From Chrysomallon squamiferum (lineage: Eukaryota; Animalia; Mollusca): DNA of 64,000 bases. The position numbers and the translations under genes were made by a program. The notes under the pieces were generated by a model. It saw only the letters and a program-made list of their open reading frames with translations, searched no databases and was not told the DNA's origin. Shown here in pieces: positions 11,878-22,999 of the stretch. Positions within the stretch are counted from its first letter, which is position 1, and each line of letters starts with the position of its first letter. Location of the stretch: positions 11,160,001-11,224,000 of the forward strand of contig CM022666.1 in the NCBI GenBank assembly GCA_012295275.1, read 5' to 3'.

Positions 11878-13019
11878 AGCCGTTCTGAATAATAATAATA
11901 ATAATCATAATTTAACGTTAATACTTCAAAACAAACATCTATTAACAATGTGACAATAATTTAATTAGTTAGTAATTAAATGAGTTAATTATTAAAACGC
12001 TCGAAGTTCAAGTTACCGAGTTCAAGTCTAAATTTAAATTCTAACCAACATTACGATTCTCAGAGTGGCCTCAATTTATTTCTGAACTTTTAATTGTAAT
12101 TTTAATTTAAAAAATTCCCAATACAATATAAATTATAAACAATGTTTTATACATTTTCTGTTTCAGAACATAAATAAATAAATAAATAATAAACCTCTCA
12201 TCAAACGGAAATAACGAACTCTTCTGTGATAGAATCTTAAAAGTAGAAACTGCATTAGCCCAAATTTGAATCCATCCTATTTAGTGTCCGGAATCACAAT
12301 ATTAAATCGATACCAGCATATTATTTATTTATTTATTTATCTTTAAGCATTTCAGAGAGTAGAATTACTAACAATATGGAATAAAATAAACTACACGAAC
12401 CTTTACTCTTAAAACGTAATATATAAACAATATTAAAAATACAGTATATAAAATGTTTTCTTGAAGAATATTTGATTCCGTATAAACAGATTAAGAAAAC
12501 AACAAACAGAAAAACCCATACAAAACCCACAACCCCCCCAAAATAAACACAAACCCTACAACAAGTAAATAAATAAGTAAAAACAAAAATAATAAATAAA
12601 TAAATATTTTAAAATATTATTTTCATTCTTCTGGAGATAGTTATTTCACCCTTCTAATAATAAAGTAGAGTAATAATTGATGAGTGAAAATGCAGTAAAG
12701 TAGACAATTTTTTCAAGTTCTTTTTCTTTTCTTGTTCTTCTTCTTTGCTATTTTCTCTCGAGAAAAACACAAGCATCCCACATGAAGTGAGACTATGGCT
12801 ATTTGTATCTACTTTGTGGCAAGTCTTGGTGCATATTACTGTTACTGTTGTTGTTGTATTTATGTTTCCGTTTACAAAACGTTATGAAAGAAACAATGTC
12901 AGCCTTTGTTCATCCTCTCTCGATACTGATGATGATGACGACGATAACATTACCAACTGGTACTGTTATTTTAAGCACAAATTGGCAGTCATAGAACCAA
13001 GTATTTACAAATTCCAAAA

Positions 13020-13022
<3 letters not shown>

Positions 13023-13068
<46 letters not shown>
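13023..13068. repeat. (AAT)n microsatellite
   Basis: Perfect trinucleotide run. Confidence 0.9.
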
Positions 13069-13072
<4 letters not shown>

Positions 13073-13225
13073 CAGTTCTAAATGATTACCTCAATGAATG
13101 CCGCTCTGAATCCTGGGTTTTTAAGTGTCACTTAGAACACAGAAATTACGTCAGCGTATATTAAACGTCACACTACACTTAAATCCTGTTTACGTATTTA
13201 TATCTTTCAGTAAATTAATTTTAAA

Positions 13226-13262
<37 letters not shown>

Positions 13263-13519
13263 GTTACTATTACTAATACTATTATTTTTATTGTAGTTGT
13301 TGTTGTTAAGTTAATTTATTATATAAATAACATTAATAAAGTATGAGCAGATTTATGAACCAGGTGGTAGTAGCAGAAGTAATAGTTGTAGCAGTAGGAG
13401 TAGTAGTATAATTACTTGTATTAATAATAGTTTTAATAATAGTAAGTAGTAGTACTAGTGGTAATAGTACTTATATATTAAATGCGCATACTGTTTTGTT
13501 CATAAAAGTGGCAAATAAA

Positions 13520-13679
13520 CCGGAATTGCATATGTCATTGGTGTTTCGTCATTTAACTGTAATACGTCACCTTTGTAAAAGTAGAGCTGTTTTGTTACCG
13601 CTATAAATATTTCATCAATTCTGGCAAACCTTTCACCTTGATTTATGAAGATACACTAAAATATAAAAGATACGTGAGT
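13520..13679 (+). promoter_or_regulatory. Candidate promoter and non-coding first exon of the PAN-CCP-GON gene
   Basis: CCGGAA ~13520, CRE-like CGTCA twice, TATAAA 13602-13607, donor gtgagt at 13674; acceptor ttacag at 15017 just upstream of the ATG. Confidence 0.35.
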
Positions 13680-13724
13680 ATGGATGTGTCGATGTTTTGA
13701 TGTGTGTATTTTGGATGTATGTAT

Positions 13725-13826
<102 letters not shown>

Positions 13827-14669
13827 GTGTGTGTTTGTGTTTGTGTGTGTGTTTGTTATGTATGTAGGAAGTTAGATATAATTTACACCAGTACAGAAAC
13901 ATTAAGTTTTGGATTTATTGCAGGATTAAAATAAGTAAATTTTGTCTTCAAATAATATTTCCACTTTCATAATTTTTCAAAACAAGTTGAATCATTTAAT
14001 TTCTATTTAATTTTAACTCGTAAGTGATCAGGCTTAATTATTTCTAGCATGATGAAATTCCTTATGATTTCCACATATCTTTATCTTTCAAAAAATACTT
14101 TAGATGTTGTTTTTTTCCAGCAAATTAGCCAGTCTGTGCTAATGGACATGTATTTAATTATGTATCATATATATTTACAGCTAACATATTCATTCATTTT
14201 AATTCATCAGTCCAGCGATTTATGTTTATTTGTTTGTCTGTTTGTTTGTTGTCTTATTTATTTGTTTGCTTGTTTGCTGGTTATGTTTCTTTTATACTTG
14301 ATTATTAGTTAGGTTCACCAGTTAACAGTGCAACAAAAGTCTATGCAATATTTACGAATAACAAACTATTGTAGTCTGCATTATCGTCGTGCTGTAAATA
14401 AATCTATTCATATTCATTAGATTCGCATCGGCAGTTATGTGAGCAATGATAATGAAACTCATTTACAATGATCCATTATCTGCCTATATATCAATAGGTG
14501 TGTGGAAAGTAGGTGTACTTTCCAGCTGGAGGGAATGAGAAATGTCGGGTAAAGATATTTAAAATAGGCTGATAAGGTAACATATATTTTGGCGTATTGT
14601 TTGTAAATGTTTATGTGTTTAGAGAGGTGAAGAGACAGACAGGCATACAAACATACAGACAGACAGAGG

Positions 14670-14672
<3 letters not shown>

Positions 14673-14735
<63 letters not shown>
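14673..14735. repeat. (AG)n microsatellite
   Basis: Perfect dinucleotide run. Confidence 0.95.
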
Positions 14736-14737
<2 letters not shown>

Positions 14738-15025
14738 CTGATAGATAAATAGAGAGAGAAAGAAAGAAAAAAAAATATAGACTTAAAAAAAGGGTAATTA
14801 TACATACTTAGTTACATTCATACATACATACATACATAAATATATACATTCATACATACATACATACATACATACAGACATGCAGACATTCATACACACA
14901 CTAGGTAGATAGATGACATCCATGTGCCTGTATGTATGTATATAAATATGAATTTAGCTAAACTGTATGTTTATGTTATATATATATAATTTTATTGTTT
15001 TAATTAATTAATTACAGGTAATAGT

Positions 15026-15361
15026 ATGCACATTAAAAGAAGAGATTTCAAGATGAAGATTGTTACAATTTTCTTGATGACTATTTTTCTGAAACTGGAC
15101 GCTTCAGTTCGCATTTGTACGAATCCAAGCAATTTTAGTTTTCTCCGTCGAAACAAACAAATGACTGGTTTAAGTTTTGATGCGATAGAAAACACTGGTC
15201 TGGTGAAATGCGCGGTCGAATGCCAGATCCGGAAAAAATGTAATTCATTCAGTTTTGAGTATGTCAGTGGAAAATGTGTTCTGTTCCAGAGTACAATAGA
15301 ACAGTCGTACATCACAGAGAAAGGTGGAACCGATTTAAGTAACATAAAACACTGGCCCGCA
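15026..15361 (+). CDS. Secreted PAN-CCP-CCP-GON protein, coding exon 1: signal peptide + PAN/Apple domain
   Basis: Hydrophobic MKIVTIFLMTIFLKLDA (alternative ATG 15053); CAVECQIRKKCNSFSFEYVSGKCVL is the PAN C-x3-C-x5-C-x-S-F...C-x-L pattern; GCA|gtaagt donor phase 0. Confidence 0.85.
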
Positions 15362-15607
15362 GTAAGTAATCTTATAACCTGTCTGTTTTTCTGTTTATGT
15401 TTCTGTCAGAATAACTGCCTAATTGTCTCTCTGTATTATCTCTCTCGCGCTCTCTCTCGGTGTATTTTACATACTAACATACACAAACACATAGACACAC
15501 AGACACACAGACACACAGACACACAACTTACACACACGATTATGTACAGCCAACCTCTGTTTTACGACGGTTCACTTTACAACTAAGCCGTTTTTTAAAT
15601 TAGGCAA

Positions 15608-15610
<3 letters not shown>

Positions 15611-15671
<61 letters not shown>
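15611..15671. repeat. (AT)n microsatellite
   Basis: Perfect dinucleotide run. Confidence 0.95.
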
Positions 15672-15678
<7 letters not shown>

Positions 15679-16219
15679 GTAGAACAAATTTGGTTTAAAG
15701 AAATGATGCAAATATATATATTTTAAAATATTTTCAAAATTTAAAAACACGGTCATCTACTGTGAACATAGTCGATTTTAACAGCCAGATTTAGACTTCG
15801 CCTACTGAACAATTCCGTCAACCTGTTTACGATAGTAGAATGTTTTCTTGTACATGCCGGTGCTCTAATTAGAAATTGTAGTAGAATCGACAACAACTGG
15901 GAAAGATTTGTGACTTTGTTAGGAGGAACTTAAATGAAGCATTAGCTCCTTATTATCGAATACTTAATGAAAAAAACAAAAAAGAAATTCCTATCTTGTA
16001 AAGTCGCAGGAAGAATTACTGTTGAATAAGAACCGGAAAGGCGCAGTATATATTGCAGTCCGTTTTCAGACTTCTGTACACTGACAAGCTATACAGGGGT
16101 ATTTATGTAATAATTATTATTTGTCATTTTATGTTAATTTAACATGAAATAAAAAATTTATATTAAATTTAATTGTAAAAAAAAGTATTAAGATAGTTTA
16201 GTTAAATGAATACAATAAA

Positions 16220-16944
16220 CAGAAGTACCTCGACTTATGAGTTTAATTCGTTCCGTGACCGAGTAACTCTATTTGCTTATATAAATCAATTTTCCCAAAT
16301 GAAATTAATTGAAATACCATTAATCCGTTCCAGCCCCCAAAACCACCCCATTTGTTTGTAACGTGATTTTAAATAAGAAAAATGTATTTATAAATTACAA
16401 ATATTGTATAAAAAACAAAATAAAAGAGAATGTAAAGAAATAAATTGGTTTTGTAAAGTTTGTTTATCTTGGAGATCAGACAAATTATTTTAACGCCTTT
16501 GGCTGGAGTTTCAGCCTTTATCGACTCCTTCTGCTTCAGTATGCTCGTACTGCCTAGCGAAGTCGCCTAATTCACGCCTCGCTCATGTTTTTCTATTATT
16601 TTATGCTTTAATTCAGTGGACATCATCCGCTTCTTCTTCTCATCACTGTCCTTTGCACTCATTTTCTTACGTTCCATGGTCAGAAAAAAGAAATTTTGCT
16701 AAATACTGCAAAAAACGCGAACACAACACAACAGAGATGTTCCCACGGCCAGGTAACTACGTGACGTAAACGAGTGAGACGCGGGATGCTGGCCAGATGT
16801 TGTGTTGTTCGATGCGCCAACTAGCGGCGGCATATCTGAAGCTCACTCGTAACTCGGATTTTGGCTCGGAATTTTTAATCGAAACCACTGCTCGAAACTC
16901 GAAAAACTCGTAAATTGGGGCACTCGTAAGTCGAGGTACCACTG
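16220..16944 (-). mobile_element. Tigger/pogo-family non-autonomous DNA transposon (internal deletion derivative)
   Basis: 23-bp TIRs CAGAAGTACCTCGACTTATGAGT / revcomp CAGTGGTACCTCGACTTACGAGT (20/23), TA at right flank; minus strand from 16677 reads MERKKMSAKDSDEKKKRMMSTELKHKIIE then frameshifts into ILKQKESIKAETPAKGVKII, a Tigger/TIGD CENP-B-type N-terminus. Confidence 0.85.
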
Positions 16945-17031
16945 TAGTTTCGGATGTGTGGAACGTATCACATGTTTGCATGACGTAATTGGTTTGCTTT
17001 ATGTCAATTAAAAATGCGACTTATTTTTCAG

Positions 17032-17122
17032 AGATTGGCTGGAATCTGTGGTGACAATCGTTGTTCAGATGATAAAATCTGTCGTTTGAGAGGCAGTTCG
17101 AGTAAAACGTGTGTAATTGCAT
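17032..17122 (+). CDS. PAN-CCP-CCP-GON protein exon 2: small 4-Cys (EGF-like) module
   Basis: tttttcag|AGA phase 0; RLAGICGDNRCSDDKICRLRGSSSKTCVIA; T|gtatgt phase 1. Confidence 0.8.
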
Positions 17123-17378
17123 GTATGTTTGTACCTTTATTTAATACTACTTGTATTATTTCATATATGTTTGTACCTTTATTTAATAATACTTGTATCA
17201 TTTCATGTTTGTTTGTACCTTTATTTAATACTATTTGTATTATTTCATGTATGTTTGTACCTTTAGTTAATACTACTTGTATTACTGTATGTATGTTTGT
17301 ACCTTTATTTAATATTACTTGTGTCACTGCATGTATATTTGTACCCTTATTTAATATAACTTGTATCACTTGTATACA
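17110..17378 (+). repeat. 42-bp minisatellite (~6.4 copies) spanning the exon 2 donor
   Basis: Unit TGTGTAATTGCATGTATGTTTGTACCTTTATTTAATACTACT repeated at 42-nt period. Confidence 0.92.
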
Positions 17379-17512
17379 ATAATAGTAAGTGAATTTAGAG
17401 TATTCTGGAGATTTATATAACATTTGTGTCGTTATTTTGATCGGGCCGAAGAATAACGGTTTTAAAGTACTGTAAATGCTCGAGCTAGGTCTAATTGGCA
17501 TGATGGATATGT

Positions 17513-17587
17513 CACACACACACACACCCACACCCACACCCACACCCACACCCACACCCACACTCACACACACACACACACACACAC
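17513..17587. repeat. (CA)n/(CACACC)n compound microsatellite
   Basis: Direct reading. Confidence 0.9.
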
Positions 17588-17937
17588 CACTCCGAAATCA
17601 ATGAAATATATTTCATTTAATGACAAATCCCAGATGAATTCAAACCGCCTCTTAGATCCGCTGCATTATCTGACTTTGTTATGTTTTTCCCAATGATAAT
17701 TTTGATGATATATCTATAAATTATTTTATACACCGAAATGACAACCATTCTGTTTCTCTAGAGAAAATTCATTTTGCAATCAATATGATTCTTTTATTTG
17801 TCTGAAAAATGTGTTAGAAAGTTTCCCTGAATCATTTAAATTATGCATTAATGTAAAAGAAAACATAATCAATGCCTAGTTTTAATCGTGGCAGCTGTCG
17901 TTTTGGTTTTGCTCTGTCTCGATAACAACAACAACAT

Positions 17938-18262
17938 CAGTAATAGTAATAGCAATAGATGTAGTGATAGTAGTAGTAGCAATAGCTGTAGTACTAGTAA
18001 CTGTAGTAGCAGCAGTTATAGTAATAGCAGTAGAAGTAGTAGTATAAGCATCAGGGGTAGTAGTAGTAGTAGTAGTGGTAGCAATAGCTATAATACTAAT
18101 AATTGTAGTAGCAGTAGTAGTATTAGGAGCAGTAGCAGCATCAGTAGTAGGATCAGCAGTAGTAATAGTAATAGCAGTAGCAGTAGAAGCAGTAGCGGTA
18201 GTACTAGTACTAGTAGCAGCAGTAGTAGTAGTAGTAGTAGCAATAGCAGCAGCAGTAGCAGA
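17938..18262. repeat. Degenerate (AGT/AGC)n trinucleotide low-complexity tract
   Basis: Direct reading; source of the poly-Ser/Thr/Val ORFs. Confidence 0.88.
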
Positions 18263-18413
18263 GGCAGTATGTGGACTAAACCTGGTCATTTATTAAAAGG
18301 GATTAATAGATTATTCAGAAATATAAAATGTAAATATTAGAAATACTGAAAACTCTAATATTAAATTACTGAAATAAATACGACAGTTTTAATTGTTTTA
18401 TGTTTACTACTAG

Positions 18414-18584
18414 ACTGTCCCGATCCGCCTAAGGTGGAAAATGCCACGCCTAATTTCACGACTACCTTTATGAAGACGAAAGTCGGAAGTCGTCTGTCGT
18501 ACACATGTGATAAAAACTTCAAACCGGAAGGAGAAAGAATGTGTCTGAAGAACGGAAGCTGGTCTGACTTCCGCTGTGTTTTTG
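18414..18584 (+). CDS. PAN-CCP-CCP-GON protein exon 3: CCP/Sushi domain 1
   Basis: tactag|AC and G|gtactg, phase 1-1, 171 nt; YCPDPPKVENA...GSRLSYTCDKNF...MCLKNGSWSDFRC (4 Cys + Trp CCP signature). Confidence 0.9.
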
Positions 18585-19095
18585 GTACTGATCTTTCAGT
18601 TATTTTATTTTATTTTATTTATAGCGTTGACGTCACGACTGTAGAAAAATCGCGGCGCATAGAAATTTTAAAATTATATTCTTTTCTTGTTGTTGTACTT
18701 CGTTTTAAAATATGCTAAAAAAAAAAATAAAATTAAAATAAATAAATAATAATAAAAAAAAAAAAATAAAAACAAAGAAACAAACAAATAAAAGATAAAA
18801 ATAAAATAAAAATTTAGAAACATTACTTGGAGGAAGTCTACAGAATAAACGATTTCATCTTAACCTGAGTAGTATATATTAAGTGGTTTATATATATATA
18901 TATATTTTAATTAATTAATTAATTTATTATTATGTATTTTGTTTTTGGCTTGCTATTATAAAAAATAATATAAAAATATGTGATTATATATTTTGTCATA
19001 CAAAATGTTTAAAATAAAATAAAATAAAATAAAGTGGATTAAAGTAAAATAAATTTCCTGTAGAAAATGATCTGAATTTTTATAATCTTTCACAG

Positions 19096-19266
19096 ACTGT
19101 GGACCACCTCCTTCCATTTTCAATGCAAAACCAAATTTTACGGACGATGAAAATCTGAATACTACACTAGGGTCCTCTCTTAGTTACATCTGTAATGATG
19201 ACAGAGCCATGATTGGTCACGTGACCTGTCAGCCAACTGGGTGGACAAGACTTGCCTGTCTGGAAG
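19096..19266 (+). CDS. PAN-CCP-CCP-GON protein exon 4: CCP/Sushi domain 2
   Basis: ttcacag|AC and G|gttcag, phase 1-1, 171 nt; DCGPPPSIFNA...GSSLSYICNDD...VTCQPTGWTRLAC. Confidence 0.9.
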
Positions 19267-19486
19267 GTTCAGTATTAAATATTTAAAAAAATATAGAAAA
19301 TGTAAAATGAGGCCAGTTTAGTTTTCGTCTTTATTTTTAAATATATATATATATATATTTTTGTTTAGTAAGTAATAGTCAATGTAAATGTGTGTGTGGG
19401 ATGTATGTGTTTGTGTTGTTCTTTTTTTTGGTCGTAGAATAAGTTTCTCATTGTTATTCTATTCATTCACTGTTTCATTATTACAG

Positions 19487-19554
19487 AGATTACAAGTTGT
19501 TCTGAACTAAAATCATGTAACAGTCAGTACACCGACTTTATTACGACAAATTAA
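19487..19554 (+). pseudogene. Truncated paralogous copy of the GON exon 5' end with intact acceptor
   Basis: ttacag|AG then (E)ITSCSELKSCNSQYTDFITTN*, versus (D)ITSCSDLLKCNSSYTDGEYW in the real exon 112 bp downstream. Confidence 0.75.
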
Positions 19555-19598
19555 GACTCTATTCGCACTTTATAATAGCTCTGTATCTTTTGTCATAG

Positions 19599-19873
19599 AC
19601 ATAACAAGCTGTTCTGATCTGCTGAAATGTAACAGTTCGTACACTGACGGCGAATACTGGTTAACTGCACCGGCAGTTGGCGGTAAAGGCGTTAAAATAT
19701 ATTGTGACGGTATGAAGTCATTGAACCCCTCCGAATATGTAAGCCTTCAAAGAGAATCGTATGCAGACAACAGAGGTGACGGGACCACAGACTGCGGCAA
19801 AGCCTATTCAGGTTCCGACTTTATATGCTGTGGAAGACAAACATGGAAAAAACTTAAACTGGAGGATCTGAAA
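19599..19873 (+). CDS. PAN-CCP-CCP-GON protein exon 5: GON domain N-terminal part
   Basis: gtcatag|AC; SCSDLLKCNSSYTDGEYWL...VKIYCDGMKSLNPSEYVSL matches ADAMTS9/20 GON 'DGEYFL...KIFCAGMHSDHPKEYVTL'; AAA|gtgagt. Confidence 0.9.
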
Positions 19874-20478
19874 GTGAGTTTATTTTAAACACGGCAAAAC
19901 TTTATTTGTTATTTGTTTGTTTGTCATTTAATTTACGGTATGAGCAGCTAATATATTCAGACCTTGCAAGGCATCCCTAGTTATAGATTTTTATAAAATA
20001 CCTAGCGTCATTCTGTGTTATTTACAACAATTAAATATCGTGAAGGTGGACTGATATTACTTCCTTTATGGTGATTTTATTTCGTCACTTTTAATTTGAA
20101 ATAAAATGTGACAAACTAAGTAATTCATTGGAGAAAACCAGTCGTTTTGAAATACAAAACACGAGGTTGTTCATTGCTCATGATGCGAAAACCAAGAACT
20201 TTTTGGCATAAATTATATTTATTGTTAAATATTTAGTCTGAGAAACCCAAATCAGACAGATGTGTGAAAAGAGAGTTGAAAAGGCGGATGGACAGTGGAG
20301 CGAGAGTACGGGACGGATGTGTGGATGACTTAACAAACAAACAAACGAATAAAAATTGTATTAACATATCTTACATAGCACTATATCCAAACAATTCTTC
20401 TTTTCATTTTTATTTATTTATTTATTTATTTATTGTTTGTTTATTGTTGTTGTTGTTGTTATTATGATTATGATTATG

Positions 20479-20518
<40 letters not shown>

Positions 20519-20532
20519 TTTTTAAATGGCAG

Positions 20533-20712
20533 GGACTGGATGTTGTTAGAAAAGTACAACATCCATTTACAGAGTCAAATTCATGTGGTAGTCTCACTTT
20601 CTTCGCTACTGCATGCGACTGTGGAAAGAAGGAAGAGAAATGCACCGGGATAGCTGACTACAGTGTTTTCCACCTCAACTTGTCAGGCACTGGCTTCATT
20701 ATCGATCCTAAC
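20533..20712 (+). CDS. PAN-CCP-CCP-GON protein exon 6: GON domain middle
   Basis: ggcag|GGA and AAC|gtaata, phase 0-0; FATACDC...FHLNLSGTGFIID matches GON 'FATAGDC...FSINLYGTGL'. Confidence 0.88.
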
Positions 20713-20732
20713 GTAATAAAATTAACAATTTA

Positions 20733-20734
<2 letters not shown>

Positions 20735-20796
<62 letters not shown>
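20735..20796. repeat. (CT)n microsatellite
   Basis: Perfect dinucleotide run. Confidence 0.95.
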
Positions 20797-20800
<4 letters not shown>

Positions 20801-21058
20801 ATTTGGAATATATTTACTATAATTATTTATAATGTTAGTAACTGCAAGATTGTAACAGCTATAATGTTATTTTCAGAAATGTTTTAAAATAATTATAATG
20901 TTATTTAAGCAAGATTTTAACATATTTATAATGTTCTTTACATTTTTATTTCAAGTTATTTACAAAATTATTTTAACATATTTATCAACATAATTTAAAA
21001 CGTTATTTTAACATATTTATGAAATTATTTACAACACATTTCTCATATTATTTAACAG

Positions 21059-21218
21059 CAACAATTTAGTCTGGTTGGTGGTATATCGGCCTCAATGAGA
21101 GTCGAGAGACAAGATGTGAACAGAATTCTCACAGTTAAGATGATAGGTTCTGCATACTGGTGCTCATCGCTTGGTCCCAAATCAAACAAGTTTGCTCTAC
21201 AGAAGGACCCGCGTTACG
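21059..21218 (+). CDS. PAN-CCP-CCP-GON protein exon 7: GON domain C-terminal part (divergent)
   Basis: tttaacag|CAA, open frame QQFSLVGG...MIGSAYWCSSLGPKSNKFALQKDPRY, G|gtaaag phase 1. Confidence 0.75.
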
Positions 21219-21758
21219 GTAAAGGATTATTTTAATTTAAATTTTACATTCTACTGTTCATGTAGCCCAGGTATCCTGTGGCGGTAAATAGCTCAGACGG
21301 ACGTTTGGCTGGACATCGCTGGTTGTCCTCCAGAGCTAGGTATATAGCAATTTTTGGCTAATCTTTACGGTTGGCAACGATTCCGGTTACTAAACGCATT
21401 TTACAATAATTTTGGTTTTACATTCGCTGGTACCATATTGAAATAACACCGATGTTTTTGTTTTGTTTTTCTTCTACTTCTTTTTTTTTTTTTTTAAAAC
21501 TGTCTTTTGATTTTAAGTACAAAATAAGAATGAATAATCAGTTTAAAAGATATTCTGTAAGTGTCATGGCGCCATATAATTTTCTCCGTGCCCTTAACTT
21601 TAAAACGTGGCTACGCCCCTGAGTATATATATATATGTACATTTGTCTGCCTGCCTGCCTGCCTCTCTGTCTATATGTGTGTGTGTGTGGCTGTGTATTA
21701 CGCATATATTAAAATGTATATATAGATCCCTATTGGTTTTTTTATTCATTTCTTTCAG

Positions 21759-21805
21759 ATCCACCTATCGATTCAGCGACAGTACCAGAATGCCAGCGGA
21801 CGTAA
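21759..21805 (+). CDS. PAN-CCP-CCP-GON protein terminal exon
   Basis: tctttcag|AT phase 1; DPPIDSATVPECQRT*; AATAAA at 22249-22254; joined CDS 1431 nt, ~476 aa, no internal stop. Confidence 0.72.
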
Positions 21806-22999
21806 GTTACCTGGCAACAGCAAAATGTTTTAGCTGTTACAAAATATTTAACTTTTTCATCTTTTTATGATATTCAGTTCTGTGCTTATGACAACAAATT
21901 TTACAATTTTACATCTGCATTACATCGTTTGCATTATTTAAAAGTCAAGTTTAGATATGTGTTCAATGACGTTTTACTTCATTACTGATTTATGTCTCAT
22001 TGATGTAATTAATTTATTTTATAGACTTCGGTAGTTTAGAGTATCTGTTGTTTTGGACATGTATCTGAACTTTTACATATTTTAATGAAAGTTTTAAAAA
22101 GTCATAATTTTAACAATTAATGAATATATTTGTCTTGTTTTAATCGTGTTACAAATATAGATTTTGTGTTTTGTTGTCCCCACCCCACTGAATTATTTCT
22201 GAATTATTAAAAGTACATTCACTTCAGATGTTTGTATTTCAAAACTAAAATAAAGCGTTCAGCAGAGATAGTGTTTGTTGTCTATTGTAAATAATACTAA
22301 CTTTATTAATTTTTAGTTTATTTTTATTATATCAAACAGTTTATTTATTTATAGTGTTGTATTTGTAAATGAAATGTATATAGCTCAGGAATAATTTCAT
22401 TAAGTTTATTACAGACAACACGTATAATTAGGAATAATGGATAATACTGATATTTTCAGATGATATGTGTAATGACTAGATCATTGGTGGATTAGGCACG
22501 AGCTTTGAAAATTTCGCATATTATTTGATATTTAGCTATTTTTTTTATACACATGGCTTAAACTTGCCACAGTATAATTAATTTCTTCAATTCTGTGAAA
22601 ACATATAAGGTTGTCGTTCTTGTTTATACTTAGGTAGGCAATGTTAGCTTTATTTGTGATCTGCGTTTGGAATACCCCTTGTCGTGATTATTTCACATAC
22701 ACTATGTCTAGCAAGATGAAAACATCTTTCAAGATTTACAATAACAATAAAGGAGTTCTGATACCTAAAGATAAGTACACCAGAATTGTCGGTGAATCGG
22801 ACAAAACCTCACAGATATATAAGACATTCTCTCGCCTGTACTATCTGTCATAAAAGTATTAAGTACTTGAATGTGACATGCATCGACTGATAACACAGAG
22901 CTGTGACAATGATTTGTCTCCATGGAGAAAACTTACGACGTCATCAAACGAGCCTGTATTGCTACTGTTATTGTGGCTGAGTTAGAATGTTAATAATAA

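Noticed and set aside
15004-15345. 113-aa minus-strand ORF
   Set aside because: Antisense shadow of the PAN-domain exon
17882-18340. Mucin-like Ser/Thr-rich ORFs
   Set aside because: Intronic (AGT/AGC)n tract with several open frames and no fitting splice sites
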